Assembly: GCA_951406725.2 (NCBI GenBank)
Contig: OX597828.1
Span: forward strand, 8,680,001 to 8,744,000
Length of the DNA: 64,000 nt
Reading direction: 5' to 3'
Source: Octopus vulgaris
Taxonomy: Eukaryota
Under the pieces are notes generated by a model. The model saw only the letters and a program-made list of their open reading frames with translations, did not search any database and was not told the origin of the DNA. The position numbers and the translations under genes are program-made. Below, in pieces: positions 1 to 14,069 of this stretch (its first letter is position 1; each line of letters begins with the position of its first letter).

Positions 1-205
1 TATACACGTATACAAATGACATTTTTTTATATATTGTTATTGTTAACGTTTATATTGTAATTGTTGTTGTTGTTTTGTTTTGTCTAAGGGTTTGTGTTTC
101 ATATTGCACCCAAAAGCAATATTATTTCATAATGCTTAATATAAGTGATTTTCACTCTGGGATATGTCTAGTTGAGTCTATGGAAATTTATATCCTATGA
201 TTTGT

Positions 206-239
206 AATACACACACACATATATATACGTTTGTGTGTG

Positions 240-286
<47 letters not shown>

Positions 287-298
287 GTGTGTGTGTAC

Positions 299-338
<40 letters not shown>

Positions 339-440
339 ATGTATATATATATATGTATATATATATACATATATATATAGATACAGATATATAGGTATGT
401 ATACCTGTACATACATATATACATATATATGTAGGTAGAC
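206..440. repeat. Compound (CA)/(TA)/(TG) microsatellite, representative of dozens of similar tracts in the window
   Basis: Direct dinucleotide periodicity; source of the spurious YI/HT/CV ORFs. Confidence 0.95.
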
Positions 441-1059
441 AGATATACACATCTATGCTTGTGTATGAATATACACACACAACACAAATATGAAATCACC
501 CATGCACACACTTATACGCGAAAGATTATTCGCGCGCGCACCCGTGAACGTGTATCATTGGTTGGACTGCACTTTATAGGTGCAAAAATGTGGCATGGCT
601 CTTCGAATCGTTTCACCATTTTTTACACGTACTGGTTTCTGTCTAGTCACAAAAACTTCGATAAAACCGAAAAGTAGGACAGTGGGGAAAGAAAGAAAGA
701 AAGAATGAAAGAAAGAAAGAAGGAAGGAAAGAAAGAAATGAAAGAGAAAAAGAAAGACTGAAAGAAACATGCACATCGAGAATAATCGATTTTCGTATAC
801 AACTGGTACCTTGTTAAGCAATAAATTTGATCCTCGCTTATTCGTACTGAGTAAGAAAAATGTTTTACATCCCTGTGTTCCGTGATCGTATATTGATGGT
901 TAACATTACTCCTCATCAACGCCTGCTTAACTAATTCTATAATCCAGTTTCTGTAAACGTGCTCTTCCTAATAGACGCGTTCAGCTTCTAGTTATCCGGT
1001 TCCTGCCTATTGTGGAGGCTATAGAAATTGATCTAGCAATCGTTTCTTCAAAAAGTTTA

Positions 1060-1228
1060 AGGTCTGAAATTTGGTGCAGGTTACTAGGTAATTACATCGA
1101 CGATAGCAATAAACTGGTACTTTTTTTTAACGACCCTGAAATGATGAAACGCAATGTCCACCTCTGCGACATTTGAATACGGCTAAATGTATTTCCCGAA
1201 ATGCTAATGATTCACTCGGCTCACAGCC
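1060..1228 (-). mobile_element. Degenerate tRNA-derived SINE, Nin/Deu-like family
   Basis: Reverse complement resembles the cleaner copies at 40575-40740 and 47427-47661. Confidence 0.6.
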
Positions 1229-1230
1229 TC

Positions 1231-1404
<174 letters not shown>

Positions 1405-1665
1405 GGTTTCAAAGTGACACACAGCCATTGATCTAAACACAGAAAAACTATTATTTATAAATCTCTGAGAGAGAGAAAGAAAGAGAGAGAGAGTCATTCA
1501 GCAACAGTTCTTTAAAGTAAAAGCTATGGCTTTCCTGGAAAGCTCGTTGTGATTGTTCATTTGCTCCAAGAGACATCGTTACTAGCTGGCTATACGACAC
1601 ACAGTATGCGCTATTATATTTTCGGAAAGGGATTTCAGCATCCCCATCCAGCACAAAATAACATC

Positions 1666-1704
1666 TGTGGACTAGTTTCAGGGTTATTGCTCTTTATCAA
1701 CACA
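1666..1704 (-). ncRNA. Minimal type I hammerhead ribozyme motif, U3-A8 core variant
   Basis: Minus strand TGTG TTGATAA agag-caataa-ccct GAAA CTAG TC CACA; palindromic stem III loop typical of Penelope-like elements. Confidence 0.6.
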
Positions 1705-1805
1705 ACTGTTTGGCTGCTGAATGCACAGAATAACATAATTTGTATTTTTGGATCTGTGGCTGTGTCACTTTGAAATCTATATGCTCGAACTGTGAGCAGC
1801 TATTC

Positions 1806-1844
1806 TGTGCTGATAAAGAGCAATAACTCTGAAACTAGTCCACA
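1806..1844 (+). ncRNA. Minimal type I hammerhead ribozyme motif
   Basis: TGTG CTGATAA agag-caataa-ctct GAAA CTAG TC CACA; stems I and II pair, predicted cut after 1840; G8 replaced by A. Confidence 0.6.
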
Positions 1845-2079
1845 AATGTCGTTTCTTGCTGGGTGGGGTTGCTGAATTCCCTATTGGAAAATATAAGGAC
1901 ACAGAGAGTGTGTCGTATAGCCAGCTAGAAACGTTGTTTCTTGGGGCTAATGAACAGTAACAATCGTCCGTTGCAGGAAAGCCACATTATGCAGGAAAGT
2001 AGCATTTACTTTAAAGAAAAGTCACGGCATAGCTCCCTTTGATAGATTTAGAAAGAACAATGTTTATATATATATATCT

Positions 2080-2420
2080 TAGGCGCTCGCACTTTGGTGT
2101 GCGGCGCGCATGTGTAGGTATGAACAGGCGCGCTTACGCGAATTCTATGAACTATTTAAGCCCTTACTTTTACTCCAACCCCTTACTTACCGGTCATTCA
2201 AATTGCTCTTAATAACGGTCAATCACACAGTAATTTCCCTTTGCTTAACGGTCATTTTTCATAAAATTTTTCCGATGGCCGGATAACTGAAGAGATGGCC
2301 GCGTGGATTTCCACCTCAGCATCCGAAATAATTGTCACATATTACATTTACAGATAAATTCTTCTATTTTCATAATATCGAGGTCTCTTTCTTTTTTTCG
2401 TTGTCTTACCATTTTTATCG
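2080..2420 (+). mobile_element. Probable Penelope-like pLTR fragment with degenerate hammerhead (about 2281-2345)
   Basis: CTGAAGA gatg...catc CGAAA taatt GTC; upstream tatttaag TATA-like motif; stem I pairing is poor. Confidence 0.4.
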
Positions 2421-2421
2421 A

Positions 2422-2460
<39 letters not shown>

Positions 2461-2519
2461 TTTGATACTTACTTTGATAGGTTTCGGCCATTATTGGCCC
2501 AGGCCATGTCTAACTTAAT

Positions 2520-2694
2520 AGTTTACGAAAAAATCAAAAGACGAAGACAGGTGGTGTATAAAACAAACAGATGTATTAGTATAACGCTCAGGAATAGGAA
2601 AAGTCTTTTATGTTTCGAGCCTACGGTCTTCTACAGAAAGGGACACAGAAAAAACAAGAAAAGAAACAAGGAGAGAAAAAATGTGTGTAGTGGC

Positions 2695-2695
<1 letters not shown>
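2520..2695 (-). mobile_element. Dispersed repeat, Penelope pLTR-like, with hammerhead-like motif at 2605-2640
   Basis: Near-identical to 48600-48780; minus CTTT CTGTAGA A GACC gtag GCTC GAAA CA TA AAAG. Confidence 0.65.
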
Positions 2696-2754
<59 letters not shown>

Positions 2755-2992
2755 GTATATACATACATATATATATATATAGAGATATATACATACATAT
2801 GTATATATATGTATATACACACACATATATATATATATATAGATATATACATACACACATATATATATATAGATATTTACATACACACACACACACACAT
2901 ATATATGTATATATATATGAAAACAGACACATATTTACATGCATATATATACATACACACGCAGATAGAGACAGACATAATCACGTACACAA

Positions 2993-3036
<44 letters not shown>

Positions 3037-3695
3037 GTACATATGGTATCTCACTTTTGTGCATGTGTCTGATTATGTGATCTTCCACGTAACTACGTCT
3101 GCCTTCCCAACTTTCACTCTGAGTAGCATGAGTAAATTCACGCTTCGAATATCTTTTCGAGCTTTACATTTCCTTCTTTTGGCGTACCGTCTTAATATTG
3201 CGAAAATTTGAACAAATATGAGAATAAACATCACATATGAAAAGAGCAAAGAACTTAATAAATTTCACATGTAAGAAACTGGAAGAATAAAATAAAGAAA
3301 TGATCTGTGAATAATTAGCATCAATTTTACACTATTGCTCACGAAATATACTCATTTGAACGACCGGAAGTTGCTTAAATGTGTGAGAAATTGCAGTAAA
3401 TCCGCTTCATCTCTTTAGCTTCATGTTTGCAGAGAATGTAAAACGTAATGATAATGGTTGCGTTTTTTTACGTATAGCATAAAAACAAATTATCATTCCT
3501 CATTTCACGGAAATGATAATTAATTGTAATGCTATTAACATTATATAATGATTTTTTGTTCTTTTAGCGGATTCTGCTAATTAATTTTTGACCCTTGATC
3601 TTTGGCAAACACGTGGGTCTATTGTACTTTGATGAAAATATGTGTTCTATATGTGTCGTTCTATAAATGAGGTTTCGATACAAAAGTACTTTCCA

Positions 3696-3744
<49 letters not shown>

Positions 3745-3889
3745 CACACATTGGTGAGGGTGCACGCACACACACAACAGTGTGTATGGCAATAATTATG
3801 ATATTATTGCTGTATCAATCTATTTACATAGATGTGTGTGAATGTGTATGTGTGTGTATATATATATATATATGTGTGTGTGTGTATAA

Positions 3890-4085
3890 AGTTAATCCAA
3901 ACAAGAAAGTACAAAAAAACACAACAACGCGAAGAGGTAGAACAAATATATTATTATTGGACGCTCAGGAAAGAAGGAGGGTTTAACGTTTCGAGCGGAG
4001 CTCTTCGTCGGAAACGTAGGAGAAGGAAAGATCCAGAGAAGGGAAGACAGAGGAAAAAACTCGCCAACGTGGTCACATTTTGAAT
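3890..4085 (-). mobile_element. Penelope pLTR-like repeat with minimal hammerhead-like motif at 3981-4015
   Basis: Minus GTTT CCGACGA A GAGC tcc GCTC GAAA CG TT AAAC; shares ttcctgagcgt with the 2520 family. Confidence 0.6.
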
Positions 4086-5154
4086 GTATATATATATGAA
4101 TGTATATGCACGTATTCCTCCAGAAGTATGAATATATATGTATGAGTATTGTTGTGTGGGTGTGTTGTGTGTATGTTGTGTGTGACAGTGAATATGTGCA
4201 TTACTTTTGTGTGTATATATTGATACATAGACAGTTATACAGACTGACTGACTGACAGTCAGATAGACAGACAGACTAACAGTCAGATAGGCAGACAGAC
4301 AGACAAATAGATTGATAGGTAGATATATATATAGATACATGCATACATAAATACATGCATATATGCGTATACACGTACATGCATTCATATATATGTTGTC
4401 ATACAAACATATATAAATGCTTGTGTACATATCTCTGCGAAACGAAAGACCTTTTTGAAATATTATATATGCTCTACAGATAGCACATTCTATACTCAGC
4501 AAAATATCGTTATACATTAATTGTTTTGATATCAATATCTTTCATTGTCAGCCTTCTACACATAATTCTACACATTTTCTTAGCAATTTTGGACAAATTT
4601 CTACTTTCTACGTTTCTTGAGAAATGCATGTAACACGAAATAAAGACTATTAAAATTTAAACAGATATATTTCTTGGAATATCAAATTTGTATCCATAAT
4701 TTTCATTAGATTAATCATATATAATGCAAGAATTAGCAAAATGCAAGCGCAAATGATTTAAGGCAAATGCCATATTAGGGGATGAACATTATTATTTCGA
4801 CAATTTGAACAATTATTTTGACAAACTGCGAAATATTGCAATGTTCATAATTCCTGAATTAGAGATGAAACTCTTAGAGAAAAAATTATGATCGTTGTTA
4901 AGTGCAAATGACCGATGCCGAGCAAGCCGGGCGACGGAGATAAAGAAAAACAAACACATTGCAAAGAGAATGGAATTGTACAATTATTTGTGCATCAGTA
5001 TAAGACATATATATATAGAGAGAGAGGCTGACAAACTGACATAGTGGCACAAAAATATTCCAAGAATATTTTTATAAATGCGTAAAATATGAATAAGTGC
5101 CTGTGTTACATAAATATTTTCAGGATTAAATAAAAAGACATACCTGCATAAATA

Positions 5155-5863
5155 TCTTTATATATATAAAACTGAGAATGTGTGTCTGTCTGGCTGTCTG
5201 TCTGTGTGTGTGTTTCCCTAAAACTTGAGAACTACACAACCAATTTCATTCAAATTTTACACATGCCTTACTTACGGTCCATATAGTTTCATGGGCAAAA
5301 TAAATGTTCAACTTCTTGCCTAGAGCGAGCCCATAGCAATATCATATCTTCTCCACTATTTCAGTATTACGTGTGAAAAGTGAAACAGAAATATTTCTCT
5401 ATTTTATGTCAGATGCTTTCACTTTAACAATAAAAATAATAATAACAATTGAATTATATGTAGTTAGTAATAATTAAAATCAAATTAAAGTATAATATAA
5501 TCGTAACACACAGAAGTAAAAATAGCAATTGGTATAAAATTGCAGCAATGATTTGAACTTGAATAATTGGTTTCACATGAATGGGAATAAATTAAAAATA
5601 AAATTAGCGTGCAGAAATGGAAAAGTCCAGACTATTGTCTATAAAGTATACAATGTAGAGAAAAAAAGAAGAGCTAACAATTCCAGTCTTTTATATATTT
5701 TGAGTATTGTTATCACTAGCGATATCAAGATATAACTTTGTACTTTGCATTTTATGTGTAGATGTATATATATATAGATGTACATGTAATATGTACACAT
5801 ATATATACACATATATACATGCACTAGCACTATGACCCGGCAACGACGGGTCTTTAAAGCTAG
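5155..5863 (+). mobile_element. Non-autonomous Helitron
   Basis: A|TC start, (GTCT)n near 5' end, 3' hairpin gacccg-gcaacga-cgggtc, ends CTAG|T. Confidence 0.75.
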
Positions 5864-6386
5864 TATATATATATATATTTTTTTTAAATGTGTAGTAAAG
5901 GAACATGCGAATCTATAACTAGCTACACAGTCGAACGGAAAACGCAGGAGGTGACCAAATTTACTTCAGTTATCGATCAAAGCACACTTTCGGCCATTAT
6001 CGATAATATTGCTTCCACTCTAGAAGCACCGGAAAGAAACCTGCCGAGAATGGGACCAAAACATAAAGAAGACGAGACGGGCTTGGGACAAGACCGCTAG
6101 TAAACGGACGAAGGATACAAAAATAAACAGAATGAAGGCGTGGATCACATGAAAACAACAGTTAAAATTTAAATAATACATACACAGCAAAAAATATATC
6201 TTAGGGTTGCAAGACAATATAAAAATGGGTAACGTGAAGGAGAAATGAAAACTCCCCTAAAAGACTATAAATACGGGAGGGGTGGAGCGAGGAGCCCAGG
6301 AAGTCGTGAGCAGTCCAGTCGAAGGCAAAGCCAAAACGAATGTCTGCGTTAGGCCGCCAATGACCACGTGATAGTGGGAGGAGAGT

Positions 6387-6426
<40 letters not shown>

Positions 6427-6569
6427 TGGGAAATTTGACTGGCGACTGTTGGTACTGCAACCTATGCTTGCTTTCAGAGTAAGAGACGAAGAGAAAGAGA
6501 GAGTTTACTAAAAACTAGAAGGCAGGTGAAGTTTCCTTTTAGTTTGGATTTCGCTTTTATATTATTGTT

Positions 6570-6720
6570 CGAGTGTCTTTCAGCCGAGGTCGACGTCGCC
6601 TTACATCCTTGCCGCATCGATAGATTTACTACAGGTGAAACACTGCGGTCGATTACATCGACTAGTCCCTTCCTCGCAAATTTCAGGCCGTTACTACAAA
6701 TAATTATTATGCGAGGTCTT
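6570..6720 (+). mobile_element. Partial Nin/Deu-like SINE
   Basis: gccgaggtcgacgtcgccttacatcc...cactgcggtcgattacatcgact matches other copies. Confidence 0.55.
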
Positions 6721-7055
6721 ACAGAAATATATATATATGTATGTATTAATTTTATGTCATTTTTGGAAAATAAAAGTAAGGACATTCCACCCCAGAAGCT
6801 TTTCGCTAACATTTAGATCTACAGGGGAACTAAATAAAATGTTGACTAGATTGCTTCGCCACGTTTAGCAGGTGTGCATTTCGTTACACTCTTTGCTATT
6901 AGAGTTCAAGATAAATTAATACCATTGATTTGATGTTCGTATCCAATACAATTGTCATACATCTGCGCTTCCTTATTACATCTCCAAAGCTCTGCTGAAT
7001 TCTCACTTGCTCTCCCTCTCACTCTATCTCTCTCATACATACACGCAAATGTATG

Positions 7056-7121
<66 letters not shown>

Positions 7122-7182
7122 GTATGTATAAATATATATATATATGTGTATATACACATACATATATAGATATATATACACA

Positions 7183-7250
<68 letters not shown>

Positions 7251-7966
7251 ACTTTAACAGTGACACACGATTCGTTATTCACATGCGCTCAAGAATACTG
7301 TTGTCTTTGTCGGTTATTCTCTCTTTATATATCTATGACTCAGCCTCTTCATATATGTATGCGTGTGTGAGAGAGAGAGTGTGCGTGTGTGTGTGGGTGT
7401 GTGTTGGTGTGTGTGTGTGTGTGTGTATGTGTCTGTGTATATATACTGGTGTATATGTGTGTTTGTAATTGTGTGCGCACGCGTATAAAGTGACACAAGT
7501 ACAATAAGACGCCGGCGATATATAAAGAATAGAGGTAGAAAAAGAGAAACGTACATACATAATTATATAGTTTGATATTGTGTAAAATTCTTACTGTTTC
7601 TTTTGTCCATAGAATCCGATTAAGTTGAGAGTCGCAAATCTTTCGTTACTAGATATCTTAGTCGCTACAAACGGCTGAAAAGCTAATTATACGAAGAAAT
7701 GTTTCCTAAAACACTGCTTCTTACCGTTTTCCAACAGACTGTGTCATACATGACAGAGCAATCATTTTAGTCGATTCCCTTAACACACACGCACGCACGC
7801 ACGCACAAACACACACGTTGGAAGGTACGCTAAAGCACACGCGTACACGCATATATATATATATATAAATAAACACACACACATGTATACATACATGCAA
7901 ATATATATATGTATATGTGTGTGTGTGTGTTTTTGTGCGTGTTCATGTATGTATATATGTGTATAT

Positions 7967-8018
<52 letters not shown>

Positions 8019-8071
8019 ATATATATATATATGTGTATATATATATATGTATATATATACATATATGTATG

Positions 8072-8122
<51 letters not shown>

Positions 8123-8596
8123 ATATATATATGTATATATTAGCTTGCTGAAAGGCAAGATATTTTCTTCCTTGTATAAAATCTGTGCAGAAGACTTCGG
8201 CAACTGTTATGTGATAGCGTGAAGTGATGTGATCAATAATACGCTTATGTATTGATATTGTAGGTCAAGAGAAATAATTTGATTGTTACTATCATCTTCC
8301 ATAAGCTTAGCCAATATTTTCCTAATGCCAACTCTTTCTTAGCATTATAACTTTTCAATTAGTCACCTCACGACTCTGTTAATCGCACACTTGTATGAAG
8401 AATGTTTCAGCACCCGGCCTGATCAATTCCATTACAATACACCGATAAATATAACGAAAAATCATGAACTATACGAGACAAAATTAAATAGATCCTTGTT
8501 GCTATGAATTCATATCAAATTTAAAAAGAAGGAATATGAATATACAGAATAAAATGTGTTCTTCTTTCCTTCTTTTTCCTTATTTCTTTCTTTCCT

Positions 8597-8644
<48 letters not shown>

Positions 8645-8814
8645 TCATTTTCTCTCTTCTTGTCTTTCTTCATTTTTCCTCTGCTTTTATAAATCTATCT
8701 GAACTTCTTAAATACTGATCTGTATTTTAATGAAGATATTGTGGAAGTTGTTTCTCAATAATGCGACAAGATATAGATATGTGTGTGTATATGTGTGTGT
8801 GTGTGCGCGCGCGC

Positions 8815-8849
<35 letters not shown>

Positions 8850-8975
8850 TTTGTGTACTTGTGTTTGTGCTAGTTCTCTACACCGCTTGAAAACCGGTGC
8901 TGGTTGTGTTTACGTTCTCTGTAATATGATGGTCCGGTAAATTGAACAGACACTTTAAGTACCAAATTATGACAA

Positions 8976-9075
8976 GCGAAGGCGCATGGCTCAGTAGCTA
9001 AAGCGTCGGGCTCACAATCATACGGTAGTGATTTCGATTCGCGGATCGAGCTGTGTGTTGTGTTCATCAGCACGC
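8976..9075 (+). mobile_element. tRNA-derived SINE head
   Basis: ggcgcatggctcagtagc (A box), gatttcgattc (B box), followed by tgtgttgtgttc. Confidence 0.55.
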
Positions 9076-10044
9076 ATGCACAAACACACACTCATACATT
9101 TTCACACGCACATACTTACATGCACCCACACACCACACACTCACACACGCTCACTCATACATTACATTTATAAGACGGTTGTCCACCTAATTCATTCATT
9201 AGGTATTCGTCCACCGGATGTAATAGGAGTGGAAGCTTGAAAAATGGCGATGTCTAGTGGGACCGAACGTGGTTGGAAAATGAGCTTGTTACCCATGAAC
9301 AGCTACAATTTACTCGTGCTAGAATCACGTTTCCCGATCTGTGTTGTCTATCTTTTTCCTTCTTCTCAGTTATTCAACGCCGTCTGCTAAGTAATCAGCG
9401 TATGACTTCGTAGCATGGTTTGTGTTTATGATCCAAATATCAGTGTATGTAACAAATCCCAGCTTAATTCTTCAACAGAGTTAATAGGGACCACCTTCCT
9501 TCAATTGATGTTGAATAGTTGGTTTACTAAAATTATTAGTATTTCTTTTTGTGTACTCCTTTTCTTGGATGGCATTCAAAATGGTAAAGAGCATAAACGT
9601 GTATATGTTATGCAACAGTCCTTAGTTTCATAGTTTATGACACGATGAAAGAGCACAATAAATCAGATTATACAAAAATGTCCACACATATGTGAATTTT
9701 TCTATCTTCATACTCACGTATACACATATATATGATTACACACACACTTACATGCACGCACACACGCAGCAGTATTTATTGTCGAAATCAACTGAAAAAT
9801 ATATTATTATAATAACATAAAATTCAACATAACAAACCCATTTAAATGAGGAATACCTACAGTAGTATCCGAGTATATTTTATTGAACAACAAACTATAA
9901 ATATCAAGTTTTATACACCATTAAATTTATCCCGTTGAATTACTCTCTAACGTTTAAAAATTACATACACACACACAAATACATACATACTTATATATAT
10001 GAGTGTATGTATGTATATAAATATAAATTATATGTGTGAGTATG

Positions 10045-10109
<65 letters not shown>

Positions 10110-10338
10110 ATCTATATATACATACACACGCGTACATCTATACGTTCATACAAACATGCGTTTATTTATATATACACACAACTATATGGTCATGCGTATT
10201 TGTATTTTTGATATTTCTTTTGTCACTTGAGGGAAATTTCCTAACAGTTACTATGTATAATAATTCCCAAATACATCATATAGTCTATGTTTGCTTCTCA
10301 TTGCATTAAAAAAAGAAACGGTAACCAGAATATAATCG

Positions 10339-10510
10339 ACGTAGGTGTAGCTACGTGGAAAGAAATTTGCTTCTCAGGTACATAGTTCTTAGTTCAATAC
10401 CACTGCATGGCACCTTCGGCAGGTGTCTTCTACTATAACGTCTGATATATCCAACCAAAGCCTTCTGTCTGGATTTGGTAGATGGAAACTGAAAGATTGT
10501 TATCATACGA
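10339..10510 (+). mobile_element. 5' part of tRNA-derived SINE (family of 17423-17888)
   Basis: ggcaccttcggcaggtgtcttctactata...ggatttggtagatggaaactgaaag. Confidence 0.7.
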
Positions 10511-11190
10511 CATCATTCCCCATTGGGAATATTATAAAAGTTTTCTGACCATATGTTGCCCGATGGTTCCTTGAAGGTATTATACGGACATCAGGTTCCT
10601 TAATTTTCTGTCGGTGCACACGTCAATATTCCGATAATGCATTCCCAGTCTGACCAGCCTATATCTCCCCACTATTCGCGTATTTGATACGGTCAATCAA
10701 ACTTCTACTTTTGCAGTTCATTTTTGCATTTGTAAATATTATTCCGGTTTTTGCGTCCACATACTGACCAACAGGTATGAACTGACATGTACCACATTGA
10801 TTATCATTGCACTTCGATACAATGAATTATTCGTCAGTCTTGCTTATGTGAAACTTTGCTTTTGTTAATAATTGTTAATTATGATTCTTGTACAAAGAAT
10901 CATAACCCGATCCGTGATTATATCCTTTCATTCTTTATTTTGAGCAATGATCGGCAAGTTTGCTTTGATAATACTAAAGATATTTTGGTGACACGGATTA
11001 TGTGACACTGTAAAGGGGACGACCTGTTTTTATTTTCCTCAATTTTGGGGTGCACTAAATTTCTGTATGGGTACTTCTATAGCACGCTGTACACCATTTT
11101 CTATAAGTAGAGACAAGTATTTTTGTTTGAGTAGAAATTCTTTGAGTTCTGTTAGGTGTTAGTTTCTAGTATTTACATCTTCCTCTGCCT
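10510..11190 (-). pseudogene. Decayed Penelope-like element: RT thumb, Cys linker and GIY-YIG endonuclease
   Basis: Minus translation LTELKEFLLKQKY..LIENGV, VVPFTVSHNP, SKCNDNQCGTCQFI, MNCKSRSLI, GQTG, RVHRQKI; stops and frameshifts present. Confidence 0.7.
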
Positions 11191-11624
11191 AGCCAGAAAC
11201 ATTTGTGCCTTAGCTATAGCCCAGAGACAACCCATGCTTTGTGAGTGAACTCGCAAGATGGAAGCCCGCAGCATACCGTTGTGTTTATGTTTGTAACTTT
11301 CAGCGATTCACCACTACGGTTTAATGTGCTTACGATAAAAAGGAACTGATATAAAATGTACGAGACTTAAAAATATGTGATCAGGTCGATATGTTCGACT
11401 ACACCATTTAAGAAAATATCCCAGTATGGCTGTTGACCATTGAATGATAAAAGTGAAATATAAAAGGTAAACAAAGTGAGATTTGTGTATCTTCGGGGTA
11501 ATAATTACAATGATTCACAATGATGTTATTTACCAAGCTAATTTTATATTGATATATACAGGGATAATGAAGCAAAACTTCTGATTTTGTGCCAAAAGTT
11601 TAAAACAATATTCACATGGATAAT

Positions 11625-11845
11625 AAGGCGATGAACTGGCAGAATTGTCATCACGCCGGACAATGCTTAACAGCATTTGATCTAACCGTACCTCCCACGT
11701 TCAAATCCCATCGAGGTCGACTTTTGTTTTTATCATTTCAGGAACAATAAAATAAGTACAAGTAGAGCATTAGGGTGTGTGTGGGTTGATCTAGTCGACT
11801 TACCACTACCCGGAAATTACTGGCCTCGTGTTAAAATTTGAAACC
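11625..11845 (+). mobile_element. Nin/Deu-like tRNA SINE
   Basis: aaggcgatgaactggcagaa...gttcaaatccc..gaggtcgacttt...aaatttgaaacc. Confidence 0.75.
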
Positions 11846-12996
11846 GATACCTACATCCAAGGAACTATTTCATTTGTATAACGCTATACCTGCCTCTCCT
11901 AATTTTTGTCTATATCTTAAAACGTTACCATGTGTGGCGTCTGGATTCAAATGTTTTAATCAAATTATATCGAGATTGAGTGCATTGTCAGTTATTTCAT
12001 CGTTCTAGTGAAATAAATAATGCTAATTGGATATTGGAATGAGGGTGTATAACTACAATTTAGTTCTACTCGATGTGAAGATTTCTAAGTAATCTTGTCG
12101 GAATGTATTTGTTTTCAATCTACTCAATAATAATTACTAAGTAATAACATTTTTATTTATGTTCTTTTTTTGTCTTTGGTCAGTAAGTGTTATTTCCTAT
12201 TTGCATCTATCTAGAAACGAAAGGAAATTAATACTATTCCCTTCAAACTTTGCTTTTTTTTTTACCTGTACATCGATGTTTCGAAATTCACCTATGTTCC
12301 ATTACATTTCAAAGAGATCCGGTGCTGAATTACTGAAGCAGAAGTATCGTTATAGCAAATATTCTGCTCAATACCAAAAATTTACTTGTCGTTTGCTTGA
12401 CCTTCACCACTTGAACATGTCCCTTAGTAACTTACAATATGTGTATTTCAGATCATGAACAGGAATAGTGGGGTAGCATCAGAGCCATCTGATTCTTTGG
12501 AGTTTTAATGAATGTAAGAAAAGCAGGTTTTGAAGGAAATGCTAAGCATTTTTCATACTTTCAAAGAGTAAGCAGATAGGAATGAACAATTGCTACCCAA
12601 GGACAAATATCGTGTTACACGGTATAATTAAACACCAAAGACGTTACAAGCAAACGAGTCATGTTCGGTAGTATGTACCATACTTACACTAATTAAGAAC
12701 GTCATGTATTCACAAGAGGAAGACATAATGCATCTTCTCCACCTGCCGAAACTTGACACAGACAAAAATTCTAGATGTGAAAGTTTTGGAATGCTGCATT
12801 AATATTCTTATGGTAAATTCAATTTTAGAGGGAAAAAACGTTAGATGACGAGCCACCAGATTGAAGAATCTACCCCAAGACATTAGGATCCTGAGTGCCA
12901 CAATCTTTCACTCCATACCACACGCCTATATAAATGTGTGCTTATATATGTAGTGAAGCATCTATCTCTTTCTCTGTACATATATATATAACTCAA

Positions 12997-13056
<60 letters not shown>

Positions 13057-13125
13057 ACTCTCTCTCTCTGTAGATATATATATCCTCACCTCTCTCTTTG
13101 TACATATAAATCTTCACTCTCTGTG

Positions 13126-13213
<88 letters not shown>

Positions 13214-13579
13214 TGTTTGTGTTTGTGTATATATGTATGTGTGTATAGAATGTTTCCGCGTTACAGCTTCTTCGGGTAACGGAATTTTGCGATTGCACTA
13301 TTATAAAATATGATGAGTAATTTCAGAATACCCTCTGTAATTTCGACCTTACGAATACGAAAGCTCGAACGAATGTCAACAATTTAAAAAACGACAACTT
13401 GTCACCTTCTCTTAGCCAAAAGTTTGCTTCTCGGCGTTTCAGATTAGGATCAAAGAATAGTCAACTGTTTGAAAAATATTTTCATGTCACACAAACAAGT
13501 ACGTGCGCGCGTTTCCACACATACACACTCACACACAGTCACGCGCGTACACGCTCGCACACGCACGCACACGCATACA

Positions 13580-13676
<97 letters not shown>

Positions 13677-13693
13677 ATGTATATGTTATATGT

Positions 13694-13752
<59 letters not shown>

Positions 13753-13802
13753 CATATATATACATATACATGCATATATATATATATATATATACATATA
13801 CA

Positions 13803-13843
<41 letters not shown>

Positions 13844-14069
13844 GTGTGTGTGCATGTGTATGTATGCAAGTGCTCAGTGTATGCATCACTTACACCATTT
13901 TATCTTCTCATTTCCATTCTCAGATCCTGCGAAATAACACAATCATTTTTTTTTTCCTTTTACTCTTATGAAATTCTTCTTTCTTTGTATCTTTATTGCT
14001 ACGTATTTGTTGTGGATAATTTAAGATCGTTGCCACTGTAAGAATTACCTACAATTCAAGTAGTCTGGA

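Noticed and set aside
4915-4945. ccgagcaagccgggcga resembling the Helitron 3' hairpin
   Set aside because: No CTAG terminus or matching 5' end
9400-9650. Minus VEELSWDLLH, reminiscent of mariner WEVLxHPPYS
   Set aside because: Single weak motif with no supporting context
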